Shown one piece after another: positions 8,899-23,833 of a DNA stretch of 64,000 bases. The stretch spans positions 30,442,001 to 30,506,000 of the forward strand of contig JANJGN010000026.1 of assembly GCA_026770705.1 (NCBI GenBank). Reading direction: 5' to 3'. Both the position numbers and the translations under genes were made by a program. Source of the DNA: Isurus oxyrinchus (lineage: Eukaryota). The notes beneath the pieces are model-generated. The model did not search any database. It saw nothing but the letters and a program-made list of their open reading frames with translations, and was not told where the DNA came from. Positions within the stretch are counted from its first letter, which is position 1; each line of letters begins with the position of its first letter.

Positions 8899-10567
8899 TT
8901 ATCCAAGCCTGCCAATTTTGAGAGAGGAAAATTTGTGTACGTCATGTGTGTTGTTGAATGTTACCTGAATCTCACATGCTACAGAAATGGTGCTTTTGCT
9001 CTTACCTGGGCCTTGAAATGAATGCAGCAAAATGAGAAATACTGAAATTTCATGACATACTGAGTAGAAATAGATGTTCGTTTTTTGACTCAGCACGCAT
9101 TTTAGCAGTTCGTCTGGCCAGCAACAGAATTTAGTGGGTTCTCGATGCAGATTTACATCGTTACTCACCATCTCAAAGATGTCTCATGCTAAGGTGTGCA
9201 CATAAGGACAGGCGCAAGCGATGCTTCAATTGAACCAGAGGAAATGACAGACCTGTTACAGAATCACTCCTTTAAATATTCGGTCTTCAGCATAGAGTAT
9301 CAGAAAAAATGACCGAGGGAGTCATGGAAACCGAGGCACAGCGCAGATCTGCTGGCTTCCCCCCCTGTCTTCTACATGGTTGTGATTAAGGTACCCGAAG
9401 GCTTCTCACCTGCAGCAAAGAGGGATCAAATATAATGACTGCATAATTCTCAAAACTGCTCCCAGTAAAATTCCTGCATTATGTTTAAAAGCTAATTGTA
9501 CTCAATTTCAAAAGAGCACCACATGGTTTGCATTACCTGTTGATTGGCATTCTTTTGTCTATCAGTCATGTTTGCAATTCGAGTTTCGGTGTATCTTTCA
9601 GAGAGTCTCAATTCAAATGAAGGCAGCAATAACAGATACAATATTAATATTAAATATAGAATAAGGGAACAAATGCGGAGTGAAGTTTGTTTAATTTTGT
9701 CTGCCAAGGATAAGACGGATATTCCTAATAATTGAGCAGAAAGCATTCCACCCGGAGACATTTGCTGGATGGACACGCCTAGATTTTGAAGTTCATTTAA
9801 GCTGAGGCACCAGGCTGAAACGAACAGCTGTCTTCCTGCAACAAGTGACCCTCAGTCCAACCATTGGAAACCTCCAAACATTCTGGTAGCTCAGCATTGC
9901 CTGGTTTGTTCCACAAATATTTATCCTCTGTTAGATTCCGGTCCAGGATCAAACTGATTTCAAACCAAATGAAGTAAATGAAGAATTGAAGCATGCAATC
10001 TTGGCAGGGCCCTGCTAAACTCCGGAACAAACATTTTCCTCTGTAATATAGCACCCTCGATTGAATGGCTGAGGAGCAAAATAATAAGATTGTAAAAACA
10101 GTAAGGTTGAAAAATCACACTTTCGCAAATTGGATATGAGCTCAATTGCATAATTACATCATGTTCATCTGGCGCAGTACATGAGGAACCCAAGTCCAAA
10201 TCGTCATGTGAACCTTGTGAGTTAAGGTAACCCAGGCATGGATTCTGCAGAAACGACTTTTTCAAAAGGGAATTCAGCAATTTAATGAAAGGGAGGAAAA
10301 AACTGGTACACTAAGAGAGAGAAGCAATTTGCGATGAGTTAGTGTGCTCGTTTAACAAAGGGGCCTCGGATCGGACGATAGAAGGGCCTCGTATGCCTTT
10401 GATTGGATGCACGGTGCTAGGCCATTTTATGATGACATTGTTACACGAGTCTCGCTGCAGCGTTCCTGAGAATAGCAGCTGTATTTCATTTCTCCGCAAC
10501 AGGGACTCAGATTGCTGCAGCGTTACAGCGCAGTTTAGCATTCCAGACAAAGCTTCATGACGTGTCC

Positions 10568-10640
10568 GTCTCTGTAGTGTAGTGGCTATCACATTCGCCT
10601 AACACGCGAAAGGTCCCCGGTTCGAAACCGGGCAGAAACA
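10568..10640 (+). tRNA. TRNAV-AAC: tRNA-Val(AAC), T3C acceptor-stem variant
   Basis: Begins GTCTCTG; otherwise an intact AAC gene. Confidence 0.88.
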
Positions 10641-10766
10641 TTATGAAAACTTAATGATTAAATATTTAAGATAATTTGCATCTTTGAAGCTTACCTGAAT
10701 TTCCAATGTTGCATGCAAATTGCATTTGCTCTCACCGAGGTCATAAAGCGCATGCAGCCAATTCAG

Positions 10767-11020
10767 AATACCTGCAAAAACTCAGCAAGTCTGGCAGCAT
10801 CTGCGGAGAGGAATACAGTTAATAAATAGAAAAGAGGTAAAAGGTATATGAGTTTTATATTTCTCCTCTTTTCCAATTTTACTCAGTTCTGTTGAAGAGT
10901 CATACGGACTCGAAACGTTAACTGTCTTCGTCTCCGCAGATGCTGCCAGACCTGCTGAGTTTTCCAGGTATTCTTATTTTTGTTTTGGATTTCCAGCACC
11001 CGCAGTTTTTTGCTTTTATC
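10767..11020 (+). mobile_element. Penelope-like inverted-repeat/hammerhead insertion copy
   Basis: Copy of 1659-1912. Confidence 0.65.
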
Positions 11021-12254
11021 TGCAGCAAAATCAGCACGTCTTTCGATGCAGCTTAAAACAGTTACTCACCATGTCAAAGGTATCTCATAGTAACGTGTGC
11101 TCATAAAGACAGACAAAGAGTGATCAGATCTAATTAACGCATCATTTTCAAGCCTGTTCCCAGTGAAATTCTTGCATTTTGTTTAAAAGCTAACTGCGCT
11201 CGATTTCAAATGAGCACCATATGATTTGCATACCTGTCGACTGACATTCTTTCGTCTACCAGTCATGTTTGCAATTCGGGGCTGGTGTATATTTCAGAGA
11301 GTTTCAATTCAGACGAAGGCATGAATAACAGATAAAATATGAATATTAAATATAGAATAACGGAACAAGTACTGAGTTTCTTTAATTTCGTCTTCCAAGG
11401 ATGAGAAGGATGTTCCTGATGATTGAGCAGAAAGCATTGCACTCGGAGACATTTGCTGGACGGACACGTCTACATTTTGAAATTCAAAACAAGCTGAGGC
11501 ACCAGGGTGAAACCAACAGTTGCTTCCCTGCAGCAAGTGACATGGACCCTCAGTCCAGCCATTGGAAACCTTCAAACACCCTGGTGGCTCAGCTCTGCCC
11601 AGTTTGTTCCACAAATATTTATCCTCTGTTAGATTCCGGTCCAGGATCAAAATTATTTCAAACCAAATGAAGTAAAGGAACAATTGAAGCACGTGATCTT
11701 GGCCGGGGCCTGTTAAACTTCGGAACAAAAATTTTGCTCTCGGTTGAAGGCGAATGGAGCAAAAGTAATAAGATTGTAAAAATAGCAAGGTTGAAAACAT
11801 AACACTTTCGCAAATTCGATGTGAGATCAATTGCATAATTACATCATGTACATCTGGTAAAGTATATTAGGAAGCCAAGTCCAAATCGTCATGTGAACCT
11901 TGTCAATTAAGGCAGAGCAAGCATGGATTCTGCAGAAATGACTTGTTCAAAAGAGAATTAAGTAATTTAATGAAAGGGAGAAGAAATAGCTCATTAATAG
12001 AGAGAAGCAAATGATGATGAATTCGTTTTCTCGTTTAAAAAGGGGCCTGAGATCGGATGTTGGAAGGGCCGCTTTTGTCATTGTTTAGATACGTGGGTGC
12101 TAGGCCATTTTATGAGTACATTGTTACATCGGTCTCGCTGCAGCGTTCCTGAGAACTGCAGCTGTATTCCATTTCTCCGCAATAGAGACCCAGATTGCTG
12201 CAGCGTTACAGCGCAGTTCAGCATTCCGGACAGGATTTATGAGACCGCACGGCA

Positions 12255-12327
12255 GTTTCTGTAGTGTAGTGGTTATCACGTTCGCCTCACACGCGAAAGG
12301 TCCCCGGTTCGAAACCGGGCAGAAACA
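12255..12327 (+). tRNA. TRNAV-CAC: tRNA-Val(CAC)
   Basis: Identical to 3147-3219. Confidence 0.95.
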
Positions 12328-13810
12328 TTATGCAAACTTCGTCATTAAATATGAGGCTAATTTGCGTCGTTGAAGCCTCCATGAATCTCCTATGGTGCAG
12401 GCGATATTGCATTTGCTCTCACCGAGGTCTCAAAATGAATGCAGCAAAATCAGCACCTGCTGAGATTCCATGACACACTTGAGTGGATAGATGTTCGTAG
12501 TTTACTGCGCTTACATCTTAGCAGCTCGTTTAGTCAACACAATAAATCCATGGACTTTTCGATGCACTTACGAAAGTTACTCACCGTGTCAAAGGTTTCT
12601 CAGTGTAACGTGTGCTCTTAAAGACAGACAAAGAGGGATCAGATTTATTAATGCATCATTCCCAAGCCTATTTCCTGTAAAATTCTTTGATTTTGTTGAA
12701 ATGCTGACTGTTGTGCTACATCTCACATCAGACCCATCGCAAATGCATTACCTGGTGACTTACATTCTTTTGTTGGACAATCAAGTTTGCAATTCGATGT
12801 TGTCGTTTTCAGAGAGCATCAAGTCAACCAAGGGCATCACTGTCAAATACATTATTACTGAATGGTGGATAAGGTAAAACAAATTGCTGAGAAAAGTTTG
12901 TTGAATTTCTTCTGCCGAGGAGAAGTGTGTTCATAATGATTTACCCGGAAGTATTGCTGCCTAAGACATTTGCTGAACCGAGCCTTCTGCATTTTGAAAT
13001 TCAAACAAACAGCGGCACCAGGTGGAAACTAAGAGTTGTCTTTCTGTAACAAGTGACATGACCTCTCAGTCTAACCATTGCAATCCTCCAAACATTCTGG
13101 TAGATCAGCACTATCCTGTTTCCTAGAGAAATATACATTCTGTAAAATTACATTCCCAGAACAAAATTATATTTAAACAACTGAACGAAACGACCTCTTA
13201 CAGCTTGTGATCCTTGACAGGGCTCTGTTTAACTGTAGCAATCATTTTCCTCTGTGATATAACACCCTGGATTAATGAGTCATGGAGCAAATGTAATCAG
13301 ATTGTGGAAATAATTCAGAAATAATGAGATGTTTGATCAGAAAAGTAAGCATTTTCGTCAATTCGATATGAAAACAAGAGATAAGTAAATAATGTTCATA
13401 TGCACAGCTATGTATGGAACACAAGTCTAAACCTTCATGGCACTGGGCGAGGGAAACGTTGTTAATTCAGGCAAACTAGGCTTGGTATCTGCGCAAACTC
13501 CTTTTTCAAAAGGGAATGATGCAATTAGTTGCTATGCAGAAAAATAACAAGTTCACTAATAGAGAGAAGGAAACTGGGATTAATTCGTTGGCTCTTGAAA
13601 AAAACTGACAGAGAAAAGATGATGGAAGGGCCATTGCATGGATACATGGTGTTAAGCCATTTTATGATGACATTGTTATTGAGTCTGTCTGCAGCATTCC
13701 CAATTATAGCAGCTGAATTCCATTTGTCCCATCCAAAGAGCCAAAGCGCTGCTGCATGACATCACAGTTTACCATTCCAGATAGATTCACTGCAGTCATG
13801 TCTGGCCAAT

Positions 13811-13883
13811 GTTTCTGTAGTGTAGCGGTTGTCACGTTTGCCTCACACGCGAAAAATCACCGGTTTGAAACCAGGCAGAAACC
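13811..13883 (+). pseudogene. tRNA-Val(CAC) pseudogene
   Basis: Copy of 4702-4774 that retains C40; B box GGTTTGAAACC. Confidence 0.85.
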
Positions 13884-15543
13884 TTATCCAAGCCTGCCAA
13901 TTTTGAGAGAGGAAAATTTGTGTACGTCATGTGTGTTGTTGAATGTTACCTGAATCTCACATGCTACAGAAATGGTGCTTTTGCTCTTACCTGGGCCTTG
14001 AAATGAATGCAGCAAAATGAGAAATACTGAAATTTCATGACATACTGAGTAGAAATAGATGTTCGTTTTTTGACTCAGCACGCATTTTAGCAGTTCGTCT
14101 GGCCAGCAACAGAATTTAGTGGGTTCTCGATGCAGATTTACATCGTTACTCACCATCTCAAAGATGTCTCATGCTAAGGTGTGCACATAAGGACAGGCGC
14201 AAGCGATGCTTCAATTGAACCAGAAGAAATGACAGACCTGTTACAGAATCACTCCTTTAAATATTCGGTCTTCAGCATAGAGTATCAGAAAAAATGACCG
14301 AGGGAGTCATGGAAACCGAGGCACAGTGCAGATCTGCTGGCTTGCCCCCCTGTCTTCAACATGGTTGTGATTAAGGCACCAGAAGGCTTCTCACCTGCAG
14401 CAAAGAGGGATCAAATATAATGACTGCATAATTCTCAAAACTGCTCCCAGTAAAATTCCTGCATTATGATTAAAAGCTAATTGTACTCAATTTCAAAAGA
14501 GCACCAAATGGTTTGCATTACCTGTTGATTGGCATTCTTTTGTCTATCAGTCATGTTTGCAATTCGAGTTTCGGTGTATCTTTCAGAGAGTCTCAATTCA
14601 AATGAAGGCAGCAATAACAGATACAATATTAATATTAAATATAGAATAAGGGAACAAATGCGGAGTGAAGTTTGTTTAATTTTGTCTGCCAAGGATAAGA
14701 CGGATATTCCTAATAATTGAGCAGAAAGCATTCCACCCGGAGACATTTGCTGGATGGACACGCCTAGATTTTGAAGTTCAATTAAGCTGAGGCACCAGGC
14801 TGAAACGAACAGCTGTCTTCCTGCAACAAGTGACCCTCAGTCCAACCATTGGAAACCTCCAAACATTCTGGTAGCTCAGCATTGCCTGGTTTGTTCCACA
14901 AATATTTATCCTCTGTTAGATTCCGGTCCAGGATCAAACTGATTTCAAACCAAATGAAGTAAATGAAGAATTGAAGCATGCAATCTTGGCAGGGCCCTGC
15001 TAAACTCCGGAGCAAACATTTTCCTCTGTAATATAGCACCCTCGATTGAATGGCTGAGGAGCAAAATAATAAGATTGTAAAAACAATAAGGTTGAAAAAT
15101 CACACTTTCGCAAGTTGGATATGAGCTCAATTGCATAATTACATCATGTTCCATCTGGCGCAGTACATGAGGAACCCAAGTCCAAATCATCATGTGAACC
15201 TTGTGAGTTAAGGTAACCCAGGCATGGATTCTGCAGAAACGACTTTTTCAAAAGGGAATTCAGCAATTTAATGAAAGGGAGGAAAAAACTGGTACACTAA
15301 GAGAGAGAAGCAATTTGCGATTAGTTAGTGTGCTCGTTTAACAAAGGGGCCTCGGATCGGACGATAGAAGGGCCTTGATTGGATGCACGGTGCTAGGCCA
15401 TTTTATGATGACATTGTTACACGAGTCTCGCTGCAGCGTTCCTGAGAATAGCAGCTGTATTTCATTTCTCCGCAACAGGGACTCAGATTGCTGCAGCGTT
15501 ACAGCGCAGTTTAGCATTCCAGACACAGATTCATGGCGTGTCC

Positions 15544-15616
15544 GTTTCTGTAGTGTAGTGGCTATCACATTCGCCTAACACGCGAAAGGTCCCCGGTTCG
15601 AAACCGGGCAGAAACA
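15544..15616 (+). tRNA. TRNAV-AAC: tRNA-Val(AAC)
   Basis: Identical to 1460-1532. Confidence 0.95.
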
Positions 15617-15742
15617 TTATGAAAACTTAATGATTAAATATTTAAGATAATTTGCATCTTTGAAGCTTACCTGAATTTCCAATGTTGCATGCAAATTGCA
15701 TTTGCTCTCACCGAGGTCATAAAGCGCATGCAGCCAATTCAG

Positions 15743-15996
15743 AATACCTGCAAAAACTCAGCAAGTCTGGCAGCATCTGCGGAGAGGAACACAGTTAATA
15801 AATAGAAAAGAGGTAAAAGGTATATGAGTTTTATATTTCTCCTCTTTTCCAATTTTACTCAGTTCTGTTGAAGAGTCATACGGACTCGAAACGTTAACTG
15901 TCTTCGTCTCCGCAGATGCTGCCAGACTTGCTGAGTTTTCCAGGTATTCTTATTTTTGTTTTGGATTTCCAGCACCCGCAGTTTTTTGCTTTTATC
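15743..15996 (+). mobile_element. Penelope-like inverted-repeat/hammerhead insertion copy
   Basis: Copy of 1659-1912. Confidence 0.65.
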
Positions 15997-17230
15997 TGCA
16001 GCAAAATCAGCACGTCTTTCGATGCAGCTTAAAACAGTTACTCACCATGTCAAAGGTATCTCATAGTAACGTGTGCTCATAAAGACAGACAAAGAGTGAT
16101 CAGATCTAATTAACGCATCATTTTCAAGCCTGTTCCCAGTGAAATTCTTGCATTTTGTTTAAAAGCTAACTGCGCTCGATTTCAAATGAGCACCATATGA
16201 TTTGCATACCTGTCGACTGACATTCTTTCGTCTATCAGTCATGTTTGCAATTCGGGGCTGGTGTATATTTCAGAGAGTTTCAATTCAGACGAAGGCATGA
16301 ATAACAGATAAAATATGAATATTAAATATAGAATAACGGAACAAGTACTGAGTTTCTTTAATTTCGTCTTCCAAGGATGAGAAGGATGTTCCTGATGATT
16401 GAGCAGAAAGCATTGCACTCGGAGACATTTGCTGGACGGACACGTCTACATTTTGAAATTCAAAACAAGCTGAGGCACCAGGGTGAAACCAACAGTTGCT
16501 TCCCTGCAGCAAGTGACATGGACCCTCAGTCCAGCCATTGGAAACCTTCAAACACCCTGGTGGCTCAGCTCTGCCCAGTTTGTTCCACAAATATTTATCC
16601 TCTGTTAGATTCCGGTCCAGGATCAAAATTATTTCAAACCAAATGAAGTAAAGGAACAATTGAAGCACGTGATCTTGGCCGGGGCCTGTTAAACTTCGGA
16701 ACAAAAATTTTGCTCTCGGTTGAAGGCGAATGGAGCAAAAGTAATAAGATTGTAAAAATAGCAAGGTTGAAAAAATAACACTTTCGCAAATTCGATGTGA
16801 GATCAATTGCATAATTACATCATGTACATCTGGTAAAGTATATTAGGAAGCCAAGTCCAAATCGTCATGTGAACCTTGTCAATTAAGGCAGAGCAAGCAT
16901 GGATTCTGCAGAAGTGACTTGTTCAAAAGAGAATTAAGTAATTTAATGAAATGGAGAAGAAATAGCTCATTAATAGAGAGAAGCAAATGATGATGAATTC
17001 GTTTTCTCGTTTAAAAAGGGGCCTGAGATCGGATGTTGGAAGGGCCGCTTTTGTCATTGTTTGGATACGTGGGTGCTAGGCCATTTTATGAGTACATTGT
17101 TCCATCGGTCTCGCTGCAGCGTTCCTGAGAACTGCAGCTGTATTCCATTTCTCCGCAATAGAGACCCAGATTGCTGCAGCGTTACAGCGCAGTTCAGCAT
17201 TCCGGACAGGACTTATGAGACCTCACGGCA

Positions 17231-17303
17231 GTTTCTGTAGTGTAGTGGTTATCACGTTCGCCTCACACGCGAAAGGTCCCCGGTTCGAAACCGGGCAGAA
17301 ACA
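17231..17303 (+). tRNA. TRNAV-CAC: tRNA-Val(CAC)
   Basis: Identical to 3147-3219. Confidence 0.95.
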
Positions 17304-18785
17304 TTATGCAAACTTCTTCATTAAATATGAGGCTAATTTGCGTCGTTGAAGCCTCCATGAATCTCCTATGGTGCAGGCGATATTGCATTTGCTCTCACCG
17401 AGGTCTCAAAATGAATGCAGCAAAATCAGCACCTGCTGAGATTCCATGACACACTTGAGTGGATAGATGTTCGTAGTTTACTGCGCTTACATCTTAGCAG
17501 CTCGTTTAGTCAACACGATAAATCCATGGACTTTTCGATGCACTTACGAAAGTTACTCACCGTGTCAAAGGTTTCTCAGTGTAACGTGTGCTCTTAAAGA
17601 CAGACAAAGAGGGATCAGATTTATTAATGCATCATTCCCAAGCCTATTTCCTGTAAAATTCTTTGATTTTGTTGAAATGCTGACTGTTGTGCTACATCTC
17701 ACATCAGACCCATAGCAAATGCATTACCTGGTGACTTACATTCTTTTGTTTGACAATCAAGTTTGCAATTCGATGTTGTCGTTTTCAGAGAGCATCAAGT
17801 CAACCAAGGGCATCACTGTCAAATACATTATTACTGAATGGTGGATAAGGTAAAACAAATTGCTGAGAAAAGTTTGTTGAATTTCTTCTGCCGAGGAGAA
17901 GTGTGTTCATAATGATTTACCCGGAAGTATTGCTGCCTAAGACATTTGCTGAACCGAGCCTTCTGCATTTTGAAATTCAAACAAACAGCGGCACCAGGTG
18001 GAAACTAAGAATTGTCTTTCTGTAACAAGTGACATGACCTCTCAGTCTAACCATTGCAATCCTCCAAACATTCTGGTAGATCAGCACTATCCTGTTTCCT
18101 AGAGAAATATATATTCTGTAAAATTACATTCCCAGAACAAAATTATATTTAAACAACTGAACGAAACGACCTCTTACAGCATGTGATCCTGACAGGGCTC
18201 TGTTTAACTGTAGCAATCATTTTCCTCTGTGATATAACACCCTGGATTAATGAGTCATGGAGCAAATGTAATCAGATTGTGGAAATAATTCAGAAATAAT
18301 GAGATGTTTGATCAGAAAAGTAAGCATTTTCGTCAATTCGATATGAAAACAAGAGATAAGTAAATAATGTTCATATGCATAGCTATGTATGGAACACAAG
18401 TCTAAACCTTCATGGCACTGGGCGAGGGAAACGTTGTTAATTCAGGCAAACTAGGCTTGGTATCTGCGCAAACTCCTTTTTCAAAAGGGAATGATGCAAT
18501 TAGTTGCTATGCAGAAAAATAACAAGTTCACTAATAGAGAGAAGGAAACTGGGATTAATTCGTTGGCTCTTGAAAAAAACTGACAGAGAAAAGATGATGG
18601 AAGGGCCATTGCATGGATACATGGTGTTAAGCCATTTTATGATGACATTGTTATTGAGTCTGTCTGCAGCATTCCCAATTATAGCAGCTGAATTCCATTT
18701 GTCCCATCCAAAGAGCCAAAGCGCTGCTGCATGACATCACAGTTTACCATTCCAGATAGATTCACTGCAGTCATGTCTGGCCAAT

Positions 18786-18858
18786 GTTTCTGTAGTGTAG
18801 CGGTTGTCACGTTTGCCTCACACGCGAAAAATCACCGGTTTGAAACCAGGCAGAAACC
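18786..18858 (+). pseudogene. tRNA-Val(CAC) pseudogene
   Basis: Mutated B box and T stem, C73. Confidence 0.85.
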
Positions 18859-20518
18859 TTATCCAAGCCTGCCAATTTTGAGAGAGGAAAATTTGTGTAC
18901 GTCATGTGTGTTGTTGAATGTTACCTGAATCTCACATGCTACAGAAATGGTGCTTTTGCTCTTACCTGGGCCTTGAAATGAATGCAGCAAAATGAGAAAT
19001 ACTGAAATTTCATGACATACTGAGTAGAAATAGATGTTCGTTTTTTGACTCAGCACGCATTTTAGCAGTTCGTCTGGCCAGCAACAGAATTTAGTGGGTT
19101 CTCGATGCAGATTTACATCGTTACTCACCATCTCAAAGATGTCTCATGCTAAGGTGTGCACATAAGGACAGGCGCAAGCGATGCTTCAATTGAACCAGAA
19201 GAAATGACAGACCTGTTACAGAATCACTCCTTTAAATATTCGGTCTTCAGCATAGAGTATCAGAAAAAATGACCGAGGGAGTCATGGAAACCGAGGCACA
19301 GTGCAGATCTGCTGGCTTGCCCCCCTGTCTTCAACATGGTTGTGATTAAGGCACCAGAAGGCTTCTCACCTGCAGCAAAGAGGGATCAAATATAATGACT
19401 GCATAATTCTCAAAACTGCTCCCAGTAAAATTCCTGCATTATGATTAAAAGCTAATTGTACTCAATTTCAAAAGAGCACCAAATGGTTTGCATTACCTGT
19501 TGATTGGCATTCTTTTGTCTATCAGTCATGTTTGCAATTCGAGTTTCGGTGTATCTTTCAGAGAGTCTCAATTCAAATGAAGGCAGCAATAACAGATACA
19601 ATATTAATATTAAATATAGAATAAGGGAACAAATGCGGAGTGAAGTTTGTTTAATTTTGTCTGCCAAGGATAAGACGGATATTCCTAATAATTGAGCAGA
19701 AAGCATTCCACCCGGAGACATTTGCTGGATGGACACGCCTAGATTTTGAAGTTCAATTAAGCTGAGGCACCAGGCTGAAACGAACAGCTGTCTTCCTGCA
19801 ACAAGTGACCCTCAGTCCAACCATTGGAAACCTCCAAACATTCTGGTAGCTCAGCATTGCCTGGTTTGTTCCACAAATATTTATCCTCTGTTAGATTCCG
19901 GTCCAGGATCAAACTGATTTCAAACCAAATGAAGTAAATGAAGAATTGAAGCATGCAATCTTGGCAGGGCCCTGCTAAACTCCGGAGCAAACATTTTCCT
20001 CTGTAATATAGCACCCTCGATTGAATGGCTGAGGAGCAAAATAATAAGATTGTAAAAACAATAAGGTTGAAAAATCACACTTTCGCAAGTTGGATATGAG
20101 CTCAATTGCATAATTACATCATGTTCCATCTGGCGCAGTACATGAGGAACCCAAGTCCAAATCATCATGTGAACCTTGTGAGTTAAGGTAACCCAGGCAT
20201 GGATTCTGCAGAAACGACTTTTTCAAAAGGGAATTCAGCAATTTAATGAAAGGGAGGAAAAAACTGGTACACTAAGAGAGAGAAGCAATTTGCGATTAGT
20301 TAGTGTGCTCGTTTAACAAAGGGGCCTCGGATCGGACGATAGAAGGGCCTTGATTGGATGCACGGTGCTAGGCCATTTTATGATGACATTGTTACACGAG
20401 TCTCGCTGCAGCGTTCCTGAGAATAGCAGCTGTATTTCATTTCTCCGCAACAGGGACTCAGATTGCTGCAGCGTTACAGCGCAGTTTAGCATTCCAGACA
20501 CAGATTCATGGCGTGTCC

Positions 20519-20591
20519 GTTTCTGTAGTGTAGTGGCTATCACATTCGCCTAACACGCGAAAGGTCCCCGGTTCGAAACCGGGCAGAAACA
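20519..20591 (+). tRNA. TRNAV-AAC: tRNA-Val(AAC)
   Basis: Identical to 1460-1532. Confidence 0.95.
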
Positions 20592-20717
20592 TTATGAAAA
20601 CTTAATGATTAAATATTTAAGATAATTTGCATCTTTGAAGCTTACCTGAATTTCCAATGTTGCATGCAAATTGCATTTGCTCTCACCGAGGTCATAAAGC
20701 GCATGCAGCCAATTCAG

Positions 20718-20971
20718 AATACCTGCAAAAACTCAGCAAGTCTGGCAGCATCTGCGGAGAGGAACACAGTTAATAAATAGAAAAGAGGTAAAAGGTATAT
20801 GAGTTTTATATTTCTCCTCTTTTCCAATTTTACTCAGTTCTGTTGAAGAGTCATACGGACTCGAAACGTTAACTGTCTTCGTCTCCGCAGATGCTGCCAG
20901 ACTTGCTGAGTTTTCCAGGTATTCTTATTTTTGTTTTGGATTTCCAGCACCCGCAGTTTTTTGCTTTTATC
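20718..20971 (+). mobile_element. Penelope-like inverted-repeat/hammerhead insertion copy
   Basis: Copy of 1659-1912. Confidence 0.65.
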
Positions 20972-22205
20972 TGCAGCAAAATCAGCACGTCTTTCGATGC
21001 AGCTTAAAACAGTTACTCACCATGTCAAAGGTATCTCATAGTAACGTGTGCTCATAAAGACAGACAAAGAGTGATCAGATCTAATTAACGCATCATTTTC
21101 AAGCCTGTTCCCAGTGAAATTCTTGCATTTTGTTTAAAAGCTAACTGCGCTCGATTTCAAATGAGCACCATATGATTTGCATACCTGTCGACTGACATTC
21201 TTTCGTCTATCAGTCATGTTTGCAATTCGGGGCTGGTGTATATTTCAGAGAGTTTCAATTCAGACGAAGGCATGAATAACAGATAAAATATGAATATTAA
21301 ATATAGAATAACGGAACAAGTACTGAGTTTCTTTAATTTCGTCTTCCAAGGATGAGAAGGATGTTCCTGATGATTGAGCAGAAAGCATTGCACTCGGAGA
21401 CATTTGCTGGACGGACACGTCTACATTTTGAAATTCAAAACAAGCTGAGGCACCAGGGTGAAACCAACAGTTGCTTCCCTGCAGCAAGTGACATGGACCC
21501 TCAGTCCAGCCATTGGAAACCTTCAAACACCCTGGTGGCTCAGCTCTGCCCAGTTTGTTCCACAAATATTTATCCTCTGTTAGATTCCGGTCCAGGATCA
21601 AAATTATTTCAAACCAAATGAAGTAAAGGAACAATTGAAGCACGTGATCTTGGCCGGGGCCTGTTAAACTTCGGAACAAAAATTTTGCTCTCGGTTGAAG
21701 GCGAATGGAGCAAAAGTAATAAGATTGTAAAAATAGCAAGGTTGAAAAAATAACACTTTCGCAAATTCGATGTGAGATCAATTGCATAATTACATCATGT
21801 ACATCTGGTAAAGTATATTAGGAAGCCAAGTCCAAATCGTCATGTGAACCTTGTCAATTAAGGCAGAGCAAGCATGGATTCTGCAGAAATGACTTGTTCA
21901 AAAGAGAATTAAGTAATTTAATGAAATGGAGAAGAAATAGCTCATTAATAGAGAGAAGCAAATGATGATGAATTCGTTTTCTCGTTTAAAAAGGGGCCTG
22001 AGATCGGATGTTGGAAGGGCCGCTTTTGTCATTGTTTGGATACGTGGGTGCTAGGCCATTTTATGAGTACATTGTTCCATCGGTCTCGCTGCAGCGTTCC
22101 TGAGAACTGCAGCTGTATTCCATTTCTCCGCAATAGAGACCCAGATTGCTGCAGCGTTACAGCGCAGTTCAGCATTCCGGACAGGACTTATGAGACCTCA
22201 CGGCA

Positions 22206-22278
22206 GTTTCTGTAGTGTAGTGGTTATCACGTTCGCCTCACACGCGAAAGGTCCCCGGTTCGAAACCGGGCAGAAACA
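22206..22278 (+). tRNA. TRNAV-CAC: tRNA-Val(CAC)
   Basis: Identical to 3147-3219. Confidence 0.95.
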
Positions 22279-23760
22279 TTATGCAAACTTCTTCATTAAA
22301 TATGAGGCTAATTTGCGTCGTTGAAGCCTCCATGAATCTCCTATGGTGCAGGCGATATTGCATTTGCTCTCACCGAGGTCTCAAAATGAATGCAGCAAAA
22401 TCAGCACCTGCTGAGATTCCATGACACACTTGAGTGGATAGATGTTCGTAGTTTACTGCGCTTACATCTTAGCAGCTCGTTTAGTCAACACGATAAATCC
22501 ATGGACTTTTCGATGCACTTACGAAAGTTACTCACCGTGTCAAAGGTTTCTCAGTGTAACGTGTGCTCTTAAAGACAGACAAAGAGGGATCAGATTTATT
22601 AATGCATCATTCCCAAGCCTATTTCCTGTAAAATTCTTTGATTTTGTTGAAATGCTGACTGTTGTGCTACATCTCACATCAGACCCATAGCAAATGCATT
22701 ACCTGGTGACTTACATTCTTTTGTTTGACAATCAAGTTTGCAATTCGATGTTGTCGTTTTCAGAGAGCATCAAGTCAACCAAGGGCATCACTGTCAAATA
22801 CATTATTACTGAATGGTGGATAAGGTAAAACAAATTGCTGAGAAAAGTTTGTTGAATTTCTTCTGCCGAGGAGAAGTGTGTTCATAATGATTTACCCGGA
22901 AGTATTGCTGCCTAAGACATTTGCTGAACCGAGCCTTCTGCATTTTGAAATTCAAACAAACAGCGGCACCAGGTGGAAACTAAGAATTGTCTTTCTGTAA
23001 CAAGTGACATGACCTCTCAGTCTAACCATTGCAATCCTCCAAACATTCTGGTAGATCAGCACTATCCTGTTTCCTAGAGAAATATATATTCTGTAAAATT
23101 ACATTCCCAGAACAAAATTATATTTAAACAACTGAACGAAACGACCTCTTACAGCATGTGATCCTGACAGGGCTCTGTTTAACTGTAGCAATCATTTTCC
23201 TCTGTGATATAACACCCTGGATTAATGAGTCATGGAGCAAATGTAATCAGATTGTGGAAATAATTCAGAAATAATGAGATGTTTGATCAGAAAAGTAAGC
23301 ATTTTCGTCAATTCGATATGAAAACAAGAGATAAGTAAATAATGTTCATATGCATAGCTATGTATGGAACACAAGTCTAAACCTTCATGGCACTGGGCGA
23401 GGGAAACGTTGTTAATTCAGGCAAACTAGGCTTGGTATCTGCGCAAACTCCTTTTTCAAAAGGGAATGATGCAATTAGTTGCCATGCGGAAAAATAACAA
23501 GTTCACTAATAGAGAGAAGGAAACTGGGATTAATTCGATGGCTCTTTAAAAAAACTGACAGAGAAAAGATGATGGAAGGGCCATTGCATGGATACATGGT
23601 GTTAAGCCATTTTATGATGACATTGTTATTGAGTCTGTCTGCAGCATTCCCAATTATAGCAGCTGAATTCCAGTTGTCCCATCCAAAGAGCCAAAGCGCT
23701 GCTGCATGACATCACAGTTTACCATTCCAGATAGATTCACTGCAGTCATGTCTGGCCAAT

Positions 23761-23833
23761 GTTTCTGTAGTGTAGCGGTTGTCACGTTTGCCTCACACGC
23801 GAAAAATCACCGGTTTGAAACCAGGCAGAAACC
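23761..23833 (+). pseudogene. tRNA-Val(CAC) pseudogene
   Basis: Mutated B box and T stem, C73. Confidence 0.85.
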